A stretch of 64,000 bases of DNA from Planctomycetota bacterium (GTDB taxonomy: Bacteria > Planctomycetota > OFTM77). Shown here one piece after another: positions 27,679 through 38,933 of this stretch (the first letter of the stretch is position 1; every line of letters starts with the position of its first letter). The DNA lies in assembly GCA_029260795.1 (NCBI GenBank), contig JAJDCO010000092.1:877-64876 (forward strand), read 5' to 3'. The translations under genes were made by a program, and so were the position numbers. The notes beneath the pieces are model-generated. The model ran no database searches and had not been told where the DNA came from. It saw nothing but the letters and a program-made list of their open reading frames with translations.

Positions 27679-29367
27679 TCACTGCACGGTGAACGAACGG
27701 GTCTTCGCAATCGAGAGAACCGTCCCCGTGGTGAGATCCCAGGCTAGGCCCGACGTGTAGAGTGCCGTTCCCACGGGCACGGCGACCGGGATCGACAGCG
27801 GCTGAGTCGATACTCCCGAGCAGCCCTGGAGCGTCACGCCTCGGAAGGCGGCCGGAAGTGAGCACCACAGAGTCAGCGTTTGGTCCTGTGCGAGACCCAT
27901 GTATCGGCCACCGGAAGACGGGACCCAGATGCCGCCTTGGTCGGCGCCGTCACTCGAGCTCAAGAGCACCTCGGCGAGCAAGCCGTTGAGTGAGACGGGT
28001 GCTCGGGAGGTGAGGCTGATGGGCGGTCCTCCGGCGATGGGAGCGCCGTTCAGGGCCCAATCGTGCCCTCGCTCGTCAGCACCGATGTCGAGGGTTCCCA
28101 AGATCCGCGCATCCAAACCGCTGTGATCGAAGGGCGGCAAGCTGGCCGGAGGCAACACCGGGCCCGCGTCGATGCACGGCGAGCCGCACTGGAGCTCGAG
28201 CTGCCCACTAGCCGGATCGACGAAGAGGGGATCCGCGTTGATGTTGCCGAGGCCCGCGTAGCCGCCCTGGACGTCGCAGTACTCGACCGTCACGGTATCG
28301 CCCCGGCTGATGATCAGCTCCGCAGGCGTGTCGTTCCAGAGGATCGAGTTACGGATCGTGACCGTCGCGCCATAGGAGTACTTGTAGGAATAGACACCAC
28401 CGCTTCCTGCACCTGCGGCTTTGCCGCTCAACGTGGAGTTCGTCAGGGTGAGCTTCTGGCCGGGAATCCCGAAGCACGAAGCGGCGCCCCCGCCAGTCCC
28501 CGTGGTCGCGTTGTTCCGGAGAATCGAGTTGACGATCTGCACGTCGGCGGTCGAGGCCAGATCGACCCCTCCGCCACCCCCTCTGGACATGTTGCCACTC
28601 AATGTGGAGCTCTCGATGCGAACCTGAGAGTTGAGCACAGCCATCCCGCCACCGACGTAGGTCGACGTGTTGCCGTCGATGATCGTGTGGCGAACAGAGG
28701 CGGTTCCGAAGACGTCGTTCTGAAGGGCGAGGCCGCCTCCGAACAACGCCGAGTTGCCGGTGATGGTCGTATTCTCGAACGTCGCGCCCGCCGAGAGGTA
28801 GGAGTTGAATCCCCCTCCGGCATAGTAGGCCGAGTTTCCGCTGATGGTCGAGTCGACGATCGTGGGCGCAGAGGAGAGACCGGCGTAGATTCCGCCTCCC
28901 TTACCACACGGAAAGGGACCCGGGCTCGAGTTCGCGGTAATCGTGCTGCTGAGGATCGTGGGAGAGGAGTTGAAACAGTAGACGCCGGCTTCCGCGCAGG
29001 CAGACCCGTTCGTGATCGTGAAGCCTTCCAGGACCGAGCTGCCATCTTCACCGCTCTGAAACGAGACGACCGAGCCGGCGCCGTTGCCATCGATCGTGGT
29101 CAATGCGGCGCCCGAAGCGGAGCGCACTTGGATCGCCTTGCCGAGAAAGTCGATGCTCTCGACATAGGAGCAGGCCGCGACTTCGATGACATCCCCGCTG
29201 GCTGCGGCCAGGATCGCATCTTGGATCTTGCAATAGGGGTCGGCCATGCTGCCGGATCCCGGACAGCTCGGATTGGTGCAATCGACGAAAATCGTGGTCT
29301 GGGCGTGCGCAGCGCTGGCGAGTAGCAGCAGGAGTCCACAGAGCCGGGTCATCGTCGTCTCCGTCAT
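27679..29367 (-). CDS. Secreted right-handed parallel beta-helix (PbH1/pectate-lyase-fold) repeat protein
   Basis: Signal peptide MTRLCGLLLLLASAAHA. Many G-rich NxxITGN/TISGN/TLSGN turns (TITANSS, TISGNSAYYAGGG, TITGNSALFGGG, TLSGNMSRGGGGG). Confidence 0.6.
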   Translation of the reverse strand: MTETTMTRLCGLLLLLASAAHAQTTIFVDCTNPSCPGSGSMADPYCKIQDAILAAASGDVIEVAACSYVESIDFLGKAIQVRSASGAALTTIDGNGAGSVVSFQSGEDGSSVLEGFTITNGSACAEAGVYCFNSSPTILSSTITANSSPGPFPCGKGGGIYAGLSSAPTIVDSTISGNSAYYAGGGFNSYLSAGATFENTTITGNSALFGGGLALQNDVFGTASVRHTIIDGNTSTYVGGGMAVLNSQVRIESSTLSGNMSRGGGGGVDLASTADVQIVNSILRNNATTGTGGGAASCFGIPGQKLTLTNSTLSGKAAGAGSGGVYSYKYSYGATVTIRNSILWNDTPAELIISRGDTVTVEYCDVQGGYAGLGNINADPLFVDPASGQLELQCGSPCIDAGPVLPPASLPPFDHSGLDARILGTLDIGADERGHDWALNGAPIAGGPPISLTSRAPVSLNGLLAEVLLSSSDGADQGGIWVPSSGGRYMGLAQDQTLTLWCSLPAAFRGVTLQGCSGVSTQPLSIPVAVPVGTALYTSGLAWDLTTGTVLSIAKTRSFTVQ

Positions 29368-29512
29368 GGTGAGAGGTACTCCCCGACGCCACGAGGGTCG
29401 TCTATCGACCCGGATCCGCGAGACCGCACGATTGTTTCAGCCCGTGCTCGAAAAACCTCGAAAAGTGCCGACCGGACGTCTGCGCTGGAGTGCGTACTGT
29501 CGAAGGTTGGAT

Positions 29513-29542
29513 CCCCTGGGACCGCGGGCGGCCCGCCTTCGG
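29513..29542. repeat. Solitary copy of the 7908-8294 repeat family (CCCCTGGGACCGCGGGCGGCCCGCCTTCGG)
   Basis: Near-identical to the copy at 7987-8018 (CCCTGGGACGGCGGGCGGCCCGCCCGCTTCGG). Intergenic between two minus-strand genes. Confidence 0.7.
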
Positions 29543-29560
29543 AGGCGTCGGCCGATCGGC

Positions 29561-31096
29561 TCAGTCCGTCACGCGGAGCGGAACCGGGCTCGAGGCGGCA
29601 TCGAACGGGTCGCCGACGACGTAGGCAAAGGACATCTCGACCTCCACCCAAGGGCTCGAGGTCGTCACCGGAACCATGAGCGCCGCTTCGGCACGTCCTT
29701 CGGTGTCGAGGAAGCCACGACCCTTCGGGAAGGCGAACGAGTTGCCGTGTCGCAGCATCCAGTACAGGACCGGATCGGGGTTCAGTGGCAGGCGCGTCAT
29801 CCCGAGCCGAAGACCCGGCTGCGTCCCCGAGACCGTTGCCAGCAGCAAGTACGGTCGTCCGGCTCGGCGCGGCCCGGCTTCGAGCCGGAATCCGATGACA
29901 CCTCCCTCGCTCAGGGAGATGTGCTCTCGGTCGAGCTCGAGCACCGCGTCGTTGGGCCCACGGGAAGCCGGCGCGAAAAGCTCGAGCGTCGGCTTCGGCG
30001 AAAGCGTGACCGGAATGCCGAGGCCGTCATCGATGCGCACGTCGAAGACATCGGTGCCGGCCGCCTTGCCTGCCGTCAAGTCCACCGAGTAGGTGCCGTC
30101 TCCGTTGTCGCGGACGGCGCCGATCGTCGACGAGCCTACACTGTCGTCGGCGTGTGTCACCGTCAGCTGCGCACCGCCTTTCTTCACCGGCTTGCGGCGC
30201 CAATCGATGAGCCGCAGCTCGAGCGTCGACGTCGCTCGACCATCGGCCGGGATGGCGCCCGGGCTCGCCGTGGCATCCGTCAGCACGTGGTCGGGGCGTC
30301 CCACCCAAGTCTGGCGCCAGTCGGCGAGCTGCTTGTGGAGCTGCAAGACCGGATCCGGATCCTGTGCTTGCGCACCTGGGACATTGAGATTCAAGAAGTA
30401 CTCGCCCCGTGCGCAGCCGGCCGAAGCGCAACCGCCATCGGTATCGCCGAGGCGCGCGACGATGAGGAAGGCGATGTGAGCCGACTTCTGAAAGCTCGAT
30501 GGCGGCGAGCCGCAGGCATCGGCGGGGGGATTCTGATCGCACGAGCAACGTCCGTCGCCGCCCATTGCGCGCGCGGCTTCCATTGCTGCGAGGAGCTTGT
30601 CGGGGAGATCTCCCGGTGTGTCGGTGAGTGCGTCGCGCGCTTTGTCGAGTACGGGCTGTCCGGTGATCACATTGCCCTGGATCGCCCAATGCAGATCACC
30701 CTGGCGGCCGGTGATCCCATTGGCGAAGCGGCCGGCGTCCGAGCCCGTGAAGGTCGCGGTGCGCATCCGGGAATCGAGGATGCCGTACTGCCGCTGCTGA
30801 TGCTGGAAGTCGCGACCCTCGAGCAGCTCGATGATCTCCTCGGGCGGCGTCCCGAGCCGGAGCTGGTCTCGAATGAAGCGTCGGTTGAAGGCACCCGAGT
30901 CGATTGCCGACTGCGCGCACGCTGCCCCGACGCCCACCAGGACCACGGGCAATGCGCGTCTCAAGTCGAGGTTCGTGAGGCAGGTCGCAGAAGCCACGCC
31001 GATCTCGCCGGTCCGGCTGTTGTACACGATGATCGACCAGGTCGCGCGCGCCGTCGGGGCGCAGGCGAGAACGAGGGCGGCCACGAAGGCAGGCAT
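29561..31096 (-). CDS. DUF1028 (Ntn-hydrolase-fold) family protein with C-terminal Ig-like (BIG1/invasin-type) domains, secreted
   Basis: Signal MPAFVAALVLACAPTARA directly followed by TWSIIVYNSRTGEIGVASATC (DUF1028 N-terminal T/S nucleophile-like start). C-terminal beta-sandwich-like repeats (TSTLELRLIDWRRKPVKKGGAQLTVTHADDS...YSVDLTAGKAAG). Confidence 0.5.
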   Translation of the reverse strand: MPAFVAALVLACAPTARATWSIIVYNSRTGEIGVASATCLTNLDLRRALPVVLVGVGAACAQSAIDSGAFNRRFIRDQLRLGTPPEEIIELLEGRDFQHQQRQYGILDSRMRTATFTGSDAGRFANGITGRQGDLHWAIQGNVITGQPVLDKARDALTDTPGDLPDKLLAAMEAARAMGGDGRCSCDQNPPADACGSPPSSFQKSAHIAFLIVARLGDTDGGCASAGCARGEYFLNLNVPGAQAQDPDPVLQLHKQLADWRQTWVGRPDHVLTDATASPGAIPADGRATSTLELRLIDWRRKPVKKGGAQLTVTHADDSVGSSTIGAVRDNGDGTYSVDLTAGKAAGTDVFDVRIDDGLGIPVTLSPKPTLELFAPASRGPNDAVLELDREHISLSEGGVIGFRLEAGPRRAGRPYLLLATVSGTQPGLRLGMTRLPLNPDPVLYWMLRHGNSFAFPKGRGFLDTEGRAEAALMVPVTTSSPWVEVEMSFAYVVGDPFDAASSPVPLRVTD

Positions 31097-31218
31097 CCAG
31101 CCGCGAGCTCGGCGGGGAGTGTGGTCCACGGGGAACCTCCGGCGATCTGTCGAGGGGTATGTGCTCAAGCCGCTACAGGATAGCAAGTTGAGTGGTGGTG
31201 TCGAGGAGGGAGGGAAAA

Positions 31219-31270
31219 CACGGGGTGCACGGAGGAAGAAGAACCACCGAGGGCACGGGGTGCACGGAGG
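31219..31270. promoter_or_regulatory. Perfect 17-bp direct repeat CACGGGGTGCACGGAGG x2 (31219-31235 and 31254-31270), about 120-175 bp upstream of the DUF1028 gene start. Candidate operator site
   Basis: Read directly. Lies in a 570-bp region without convincing genes. Confidence 0.4.
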
Positions 31271-31666
31271 CCGGGGTCGGGCTTTGCTCCATGGAACCCC
31301 AGTTCGGTCGGGAGGCAGAATCCGCTCAGCTCGGAGGACGAAACCTCGTATGCGAACCCCGGAGGCGCTCCTTGAATCCCCACAAGCTGACGACGCTGGC
31401 GAAACGAAATGGTAGTGCAGGACCGATGTGGCATACCGACGTCCGCGTGACCGTCGGCACCGTCGTGGATCTATTGGCCACCAAGACCGGCGGTCCGCTG
31501 ACGCGTCGCGCGGCCAACACGCTGCTCACCGAGATGGCTCAGGATTCCTGGGAGCTCGTAGAAGGGATTCACAGCTCAGGGAGCGACGGCACGCCGCACA
31601 TCCTGATTGCCGTCGGTGGCGCGCGCTAACACCTTCGGATGAACCAGAAGGGCATCCTGTTCGAGA

Positions 31667-32131
31667 TCACGGCCGCCGGCGGCGACGCCCGAACCCGCCG
31701 CCACCTGACCGGAGGCCGCGCGCCGTTCCATTCGCCTCAGCATTGGGTGTGACGGCGAGGAGATCGCCGGGCGACAGAATCTGCACACCGTAGCGCAACG
31801 CCCGTTGATATGGCTTTGATTGCCCCGGGTCAGTTCTGCCCTCTCCGATGACAAGGTAGTCGGTGTCTTGTCCTATCGCTTCGCCAACTTCGCCGCCGAG
31901 CGCTTGGATCCTCTGTTCGAGCGCTTTGCCATTCTCGCATTCCAGAAGAACGAACTGCTTCTTGCGGGCTCTCGTCGGATTCGTGCTTCGACTGGGCTCA
32001 CGGGCTTGTTCAGTGGCCTTTTCGGCGACCGACCTTTCTCGAAGCTGAACAAAGAAGGCGGTCCAACCGGTCGCTGCGAGCAGGATGAAGAAGACGAGCC
32101 AGGGCTCCAATCGGGACTGGAGCTTTCTCAT
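31667..32131 (-). CDS. Membrane-anchored BRCT-domain protein (tentative)
   Basis: N-terminal TM helix PWLVFFILLAATGWTAFFV. KKQFVLLECENGKALEQRIQALGGEVGEAIGQDTDYLVIGEG...QRALRYGVQILSPGDLL follows the BRCT pattern of DNA ligase/PARP-type BRCT domains. Confidence 0.45.
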   Translation of the reverse strand: MRKLQSRLEPWLVFFILLAATGWTAFFVQLRERSVAEKATEQAREPSRSTNPTRARKKQFVLLECENGKALEQRIQALGGEVGEAIGQDTDYLVIGEGRTDPGQSKPYQRALRYGVQILSPGDLLAVTPNAEANGTARGLRSGGGGFGRRRRRP

Positions 32132-32228
32132 GGTGCCTCCTTCGAACGGTCCGATCCATGACCTCGTAGTCTCAAGTCATGATATTCGTCGGTTCCGGAC
32201 AATGCCAAGGTGACGCCGAATGCTCCGC

Positions 32229-34255
<2,027 letters not shown>

Positions 34256-34356
34256 TGGGCCACGAAGCGAATGGGCTCAAGTGAGAGACAACAAGGAGGG
34301 GACGATGGTTGCGACGAACCAGTCGGAGATCCGCGTCCCCTCCGGTGTCGAGACGC

Positions 34357-34710
34357 TCACGAGCACGGGATCCCCTCGTTCGCGAGAAGGGGGCGAAGCT
34401 GACGAAGTCCGCGGCTGAGCAGGCGACAGGTCTCAGGAAGGTCGAGCTCGAGCCGGCTCGCCACCTGTTCGATGGGCAGCTCCTCGAGCTGGGCGAGGAC
34501 GACCGCTCGAGCCGCGAACGTGTCCCAAGCGAACAGGTTTTCGAGAGCGCGTTCGATTCCTCGGCTCATCTCATGAGCAAGCAGCGTCCGGGGTGCCGGC
34601 GTCCGGACCTGCTCGTCCGTCGAGCGACCATGCGCGACCCCGAACTCGTAGAACCGGGCGATGCGTCGGGACCCTCTGGCCGAGGATTGGAGATCGTCGT
34701 GAATCTTCAT
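34357..34710 (-). CDS. Sigma-70 region-4-like HTH protein (ECF-sigma-like, apparently lacking region 2; possible truncated sigma or pseudogene)
   Basis: ALENLFAWDTFAARAVVLAQLEELPIEQVASRLELDLPETCRLLSRGLRQLR follows the ECF region-4 pattern (L..LP...R.V..L...EGLS..EIA..LG.S.GTVKSRL.RAR.L). No recognisable region 2.1-2.4 upstream in any frame. Confidence 0.35.
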   Translation of the reverse strand: MKIHDDLQSSARGSRRIARFYEFGVAHGRSTDEQVRTPAPRTLLAHEMSRGIERALENLFAWDTFAARAVVLAQLEELPIEQVASRLELDLPETCRLLSRGLRQLRPLLANEGIPCS

Positions 34711-35048
34711 GGGCCTGGCCTCTCTCGTCATGTGTCGATCTTCCCCGATCCGTGCAAACACAAATGACATGCCAGGGCGATCACTCACCGGAGGATCGCG
34801 GTGGACCTTCGGCGATCTGAGACCCCCTGTCGCATCAGACACGTTTCCCGATGGGTGCGAGTCCCCCAACCTCGCCGTCGAGCGGCGCCTGAAAATCTCG
34901 TCACGCGCGAAGAGTCGCTCGGGCGATTCATCACTTCTTCGTCACCGAGTCGCCACGGTCTCGAGTCGCTCACCATCACGACTGCGTGATAGAGTAAGGA
35001 GAGTCATGCTTCGGAACGGCTAGCAGCCGCCGATGGAGTAGGAGGTCG

Positions 35049-37880
35049 ATGAGCGACGACAGACGAGGGTGGGCCGCCGGGGTTCTCGTGCTGGTGATCC
35101 TGATATCCGCCGCATGGTGGCTCGCCACGAGTCAATCGTCGTCGGGTCCTCGCGAAAGCCCGCTTCCGACAGCGCGCGTCGATGACGTCGATGACGTCGA
35201 TTCGTCGAAAGCGGAACCAGCCCCCGAGTCGAGCGACGAGCCTCGGCCCGACGACTCACGGGAATCGATTCCCGGAGCGCGCGCACTGCGCGGTCGCGTT
35301 TGGAGCCGGATCACCCACCGACCAGTGACCGAGGCCAGGGTGACTTTGGTGAGGGACCGGACGAGCCGAGATCCGGTTGCGGAGCCGACGAGGACGGACG
35401 CGGACGGCCGCTTCACGATCCCGAATCCGCCGGACTCGGCGCGGTTGCTGGTGGTTCGCGGGCGAGGGCATGCGTCGCGGGCCCTGCAGATCGGGCCGAG
35501 CGCGGGAAGGCCAGAGGGGCTCGAGGTCGAGGTTTGGCTCGAGGCCGCCTCGCAAGTGGCTGGAGTCGTGGTGGATTCGAGCGGAGTGCCCGTCGCGCAG
35601 GCTCGCCTCTCCGTCGCACCGGTCGGCGAGCCGGCGACCCTCTCGGACGCAGAGGGACGGTTCGTGTTGCAGGGCTTGGGGAAGGGACTCGTGGAGCTCT
35701 GGGCGTACCACCCGGACGTCGGCGTCGCGACTCGCCGAGACATCCCCGCCGGAACCGGAGATGTCGTGCTGAAGCTCGAAGGCCCCCTCCTGTCGGTTCA
35801 AGGAATGGTGATCGACGACGTGACCGAGCGACCGGTCTCACGAGCGCAGGTCTGGGTGGACGATCTGCGATTGTTCGGATGTACGGGGGAAACCGATGAC
35901 GACGGTCGATTCCGTCTCGAGGGAATCCCACCGGAGCCGTTCCGGATCGGGGCGTCCTCTCCCAGCCATGGTCCGACCCTCGTGCTCGTCGAGGCTTCCG
36001 GCCAGGAGGTCGTGATTCGGCTTCGCGCTCCCGAGCCCGTCGAAGGAACGGTGGTCGAGCGAGCGACAGGAGACCTTCTTCCGGGGGTTGAGCTGCGCAT
36101 CGAGGCGGGCTCGGTTCGATGGAGTGGGCGAACCGACTCGGCGGGTCACTTTCGATCCGATGTCTCGTTCCCGTTCGGGCGGATCGAAGTGTCGATGGTC
36201 GAAGAGAGCGATTGGGTCATTCTCGCTTCCTCGGTCGTCGACGGGCGATCCCCTTCGATCGAGTGGTCGACGAAGCAGCCGATCCGGATCGTCGTCTCGC
36301 GGGGCGCCCGGGTCGAGGGGACGGTGCTCGGGCTCGAGAGCACGCCGATCTCGAGCTGTCCCGTAATCTTGATGAGCGTGACGGCCGATCTCTTCGCCGA
36401 GTCCGTGGCGTGGTCCTGGACCGATGAGCTCGGTCGCTTCGAGCTGGGTCCCGTCGCCGAGCCAGGAAAGCATCGGGTCATTGCACGGCCGGCTCGAGTG
36501 GGGCCCGCCTTCTCGGATCCCTTCGACCTGCGGCCTGGGGGGCACGTTCGCGGTGTCACCTTGACGGCGGAGCCGGCCGGTCGGCTGAGTGGTCGGTTGA
36601 TCGACCGAGACCGGCAGCCCGTGTCGGGCACGACCCTCACTCTCGAACGCGTCGATGGGGTTGCCTTGGAGCCGATTCGCGAAGATCTCCAGACCTCGAC
36701 GGCATCTGACGGAAGATTCACCCTGGGGCCAGTGCCTTCGGGATCCTACCGCGTGCTGGCGGCCAACTCGACCACGCCGGAGCAGGTGGTCGCCGAGCCC
36801 TGGCTGGTCGAGTCGGAAGTCCAGTCGGACATCGTCTGGGTATTCGATCGCGGTGCTCGGCTGGAGCTGCGGATTCTCGATCAATGGGGCGAGCCTCTCT
36901 CGGGTGCTCGGGTGGCGCTGATAGCTGTTCGGGAGGGAACGATCTTGGTGGACGCCGATCGGGACGGGCGGCTCGCCGTGGATGGGCTGCAGCCGGGCCC
37001 GGTCACCGTTCGCGTGCTGGCCGACGCGGAATGGGACGATCTCGAGACCGAGCGCACGGCGGGAGCCCCCGCCGAAGACTTGATCGTGCCGCGCCGGCAG
37101 ACCGTCGGAGCTCGCGGCCGACTCCTTCTCGAGGACGGGCGACCGGCCCGGGGAGTCCTCTGGGTTCGAGGCGTCCGTGAGGATCGGGAGGTGTGGCGAT
37201 CGGAGGAGCTCCGAGAGGGCGATTTCGCGTTCTCCTTGAACCCAGGGAGATGGCGTCTGCTACTGGTCGTCGCCGGGCAAGGCTCGGTGGTGATCGAGTC
37301 GGTCGTCGTCGCCGCGGACGAAGCGACCGAGCTGGGGGAGCTTTCCTTGGCGGACAGTCGAGATGCGGAAGGCACGGTCGTCGACGGCGCCGGCGCTCCC
37401 GTATCGGCGGCCGTGGTCGTGGCCACCTTGGACGGGGACCAGTTCGGAGGTCCGCCCGTCGGCCGCGCCGTCACGGACGATGCGGGGCGATTTGGACTTC
37501 CGGGGCTCGGCGGGTTGCCGCTGGAACTCAAGGTGCAGGCCGAGGGCTTCGGGCCGCGGTTTTTTACCAGCCGAGGACAGCCCGAACTGGGTCGTCTGAC
37601 CATCGAGGCCGGCGGTACGGTGAGCGTTCAGGTGAACGACAGCGAAGGTCGGCCGGTCCCTGACGAGATCGTGCTGCTCGGCCCCTTCGATGAAGCTGCC
37701 CGGTCGGGCTCGACGGAGACGCGCCTGGCCCGGTCGGACGAATCGGGACATGCGCAGTTCGAGCATGTGACACCGGGGCGATATCGGATTCAGGGAGCGC
37801 TCTGGCTTCGGGGACCGGGACGAATTCAGGTCCACGAAGGGGGCGAGACGCTGGTGGAGCTCGTTCGGATTCGACGCTGA
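35049..37880 (+). CDS. Single-pass membrane protein with many CarboxypepD_reg-like (transthyretin-fold) repeats
   Basis: TM VLVLVILISAAWWLAT, then repeated TDADGRFTI / SDAEGRFVLQGL / TDDDGRFRLEGI / TDSAGHFRSD / TDELGRFELGPV / TASDGRFTLGPVPSGSYRV / VTDDAGRFGLPGL hallmarks. 943 aa. Confidence 0.6.
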   Translation: MSDDRRGWAAGVLVLVILISAAWWLATSQSSSGPRESPLPTARVDDVDDVDSSKAEPAPESSDEPRPDDSRESIPGARALRGRVWSRITHRPVTEARVTLVRDRTSRDPVAEPTRTDADGRFTIPNPPDSARLLVVRGRGHASRALQIGPSAGRPEGLEVEVWLEAASQVAGVVVDSSGVPVAQARLSVAPVGEPATLSDAEGRFVLQGLGKGLVELWAYHPDVGVATRRDIPAGTGDVVLKLEGPLLSVQGMVIDDVTERPVSRAQVWVDDLRLFGCTGETDDDGRFRLEGIPPEPFRIGASSPSHGPTLVLVEASGQEVVIRLRAPEPVEGTVVERATGDLLPGVELRIEAGSVRWSGRTDSAGHFRSDVSFPFGRIEVSMVEESDWVILASSVVDGRSPSIEWSTKQPIRIVVSRGARVEGTVLGLESTPISSCPVILMSVTADLFAESVAWSWTDELGRFELGPVAEPGKHRVIARPARVGPAFSDPFDLRPGGHVRGVTLTAEPAGRLSGRLIDRDRQPVSGTTLTLERVDGVALEPIREDLQTSTASDGRFTLGPVPSGSYRVLAANSTTPEQVVAEPWLVESEVQSDIVWVFDRGARLELRILDQWGEPLSGARVALIAVREGTILVDADRDGRLAVDGLQPGPVTVRVLADAEWDDLETERTAGAPAEDLIVPRRQTVGARGRLLLEDGRPARGVLWVRGVREDREVWRSEELREGDFAFSLNPGRWRLLLVVAGQGSVVIESVVVAADEATELGELSLADSRDAEGTVVDGAGAPVSAAVVVATLDGDQFGGPPVGRAVTDDAGRFGLPGLGGLPLELKVQAEGFGPRFFTSRGQPELGRLTIEAGGTVSVQVNDSEGRPVPDEIVLLGPFDEAARSGSTETRLARSDESGHAQFEHVTPGRYRIQGALWLRGPGRIQVHEGGETLVELVRIRR

Positions 37881-38036
37881 AAGGCGGCCGCGAGCGAGGG
37901 GAGGGCGGCTGGGACTCGGTCGATTCGGAGTGCTATCGGTGCTGACGGGGCGTGGTGGAATTCTTCCTTGAAATCTCGAGGCTCGCCGATAGATTACCCG
38001 ATATCTCGTGCGGAGCGCTCGCGCTTCGCCCAGTGA

Positions 38037-38114
38037 GGCCCCATCGTCTAGTCTGGTCTAGGATAGGTGGTTCTCAGCCATCAGACAGGGGTTCGAATCC
38101 CCTTGGGGCTACCA
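38037..38114 (+). tRNA. tRNA-Glu (anticodon CUC)
   Basis: Folded by hand: acceptor GGCCCCA/TGGGGCT, D stem GTCT/GGAT with 11-nt D-loop, anticodon stem GGTGG/CCATC with loop TTCTCAG (U33, CTC, A37), T arm AGGGG-TTCGAAT-CCCCT, discriminator A + genomically encoded CCA. Confidence 0.85.
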
Positions 38115-38116
38115 AA

Positions 38117-38148
38117 ACGACGCGTCTTCGGACGCGTCGTTTTTTTTC
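38117..38148 (+). terminator. Rho-independent terminator after tRNA-Glu
   Basis: ACGACGCGTC-TTCG-GACGCGTCGT perfect 10-bp stem followed by TTTTTTT. Confidence 0.85.
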
Positions 38149-38355
38149 GTCTCCACCTTTTCGAGGGCGACCAAGGCGATTCCATGGCCGCGCCATTCGG
38201 GCTAGGATGACGCGGCGGTCGGCTCACCTCCGTTTCGGAAGGTGAACCGTGGTCCGCGAGAGACCGTCCCCGAGCGTTCGCGCCGGATCGAGCAGGCGAG
38301 CCCTGCCGCCGAAGAGCCGTTCGTGGCGACGTGCCGGAGAGCACCGGGAGACCCC

Positions 38356-38784
38356 ATGATGACGAGCGAAGGCTCGCCGAGCTGGCGACAGGCCTTCGGG
38401 AGCACGTTCCTGGTAATCGGGGCGATCGCAGTCGGTTGCCTCGTGATCGGGATCCTGCTGAACCGATTCTTCCTCCCCTCGGCCACCGAGGCCGAGATCC
38501 TGGAGGACCTCCAGGCATTGAAGGTGGCGGTGGTCAGCTTCCGACAAGACCATGAGGGGCAGCTCCCGACCCAGCTCTCCGATCTCTTGGCACCAGCGAA
38601 AGGGGAAAGGCGCCGATACATCAACCGGATCCCGTCCGATCCGTGGGGAAACGCGTATGACTACGAGAAGTCCCCGGACGGATTCCGTCTGACCTGCCTG
38701 GGACGCGATGAGCAACCGGGTGGCGAGGGTGAGGATGGCGACTTCGCGATCGAGTGGCGGGCTCCCTTCACCGAGAATCGATGA
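38356..38784 (+). CDS. T2SS GspG-like pseudopilin-domain protein lacking a canonical prepilin GFTLIE N-terminus
   Basis: TM FLVIGAIAVGCLVIGILL, then ILEDLQALKVAVVSF...LPTQLSDL...IPSDPWGNAYDYEKSPDGFRLTCLGRDEQPGGEGED, matching the GspG C-terminal pattern (DPWGNPY.Y...G.DG..GG). Start could be the upstream ATG 38242. Confidence 0.5.
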   Translation: MMTSEGSPSWRQAFGSTFLVIGAIAVGCLVIGILLNRFFLPSATEAEILEDLQALKVAVVSFRQDHEGQLPTQLSDLLAPAKGERRRYINRIPSDPWGNAYDYEKSPDGFRLTCLGRDEQPGGEGEDGDFAIEWRAPFTENR

Positions 38785-38933
38785 CAGGTGAACCGAGGAG
38801 TCGACCCGAGGTGACCTGCGAGTCGGATAGCCGTTCGAGGTCCGGGCCCGAAAGCGACCGACGATCGATGGAGCCGGAGAAGGCTCCGTCGGAGGTGAGG
38901 TCAGTTCTGAAGAGAAGTAGCGAGGATGACCCT

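Noticed and set aside
34357-34869. Using the full 170-aa ORF as the sigma-like protein
   Set aside because: The first about 50 residues (GDSHPSGNVSDATGGLRSPKVHRDPP...) are low-complexity and precede two internal ATGs with better context. The shorter start was chosen, though neither version contains sigma region 2.
38037-38114. tRNA-Glu or tRNA-Gln as integration sites of a genomic island
   Set aside because: No integrase, no flanking direct repeat of the tRNA 3' end, and the flanking genes are ordinary. No evidence of a mobile element.
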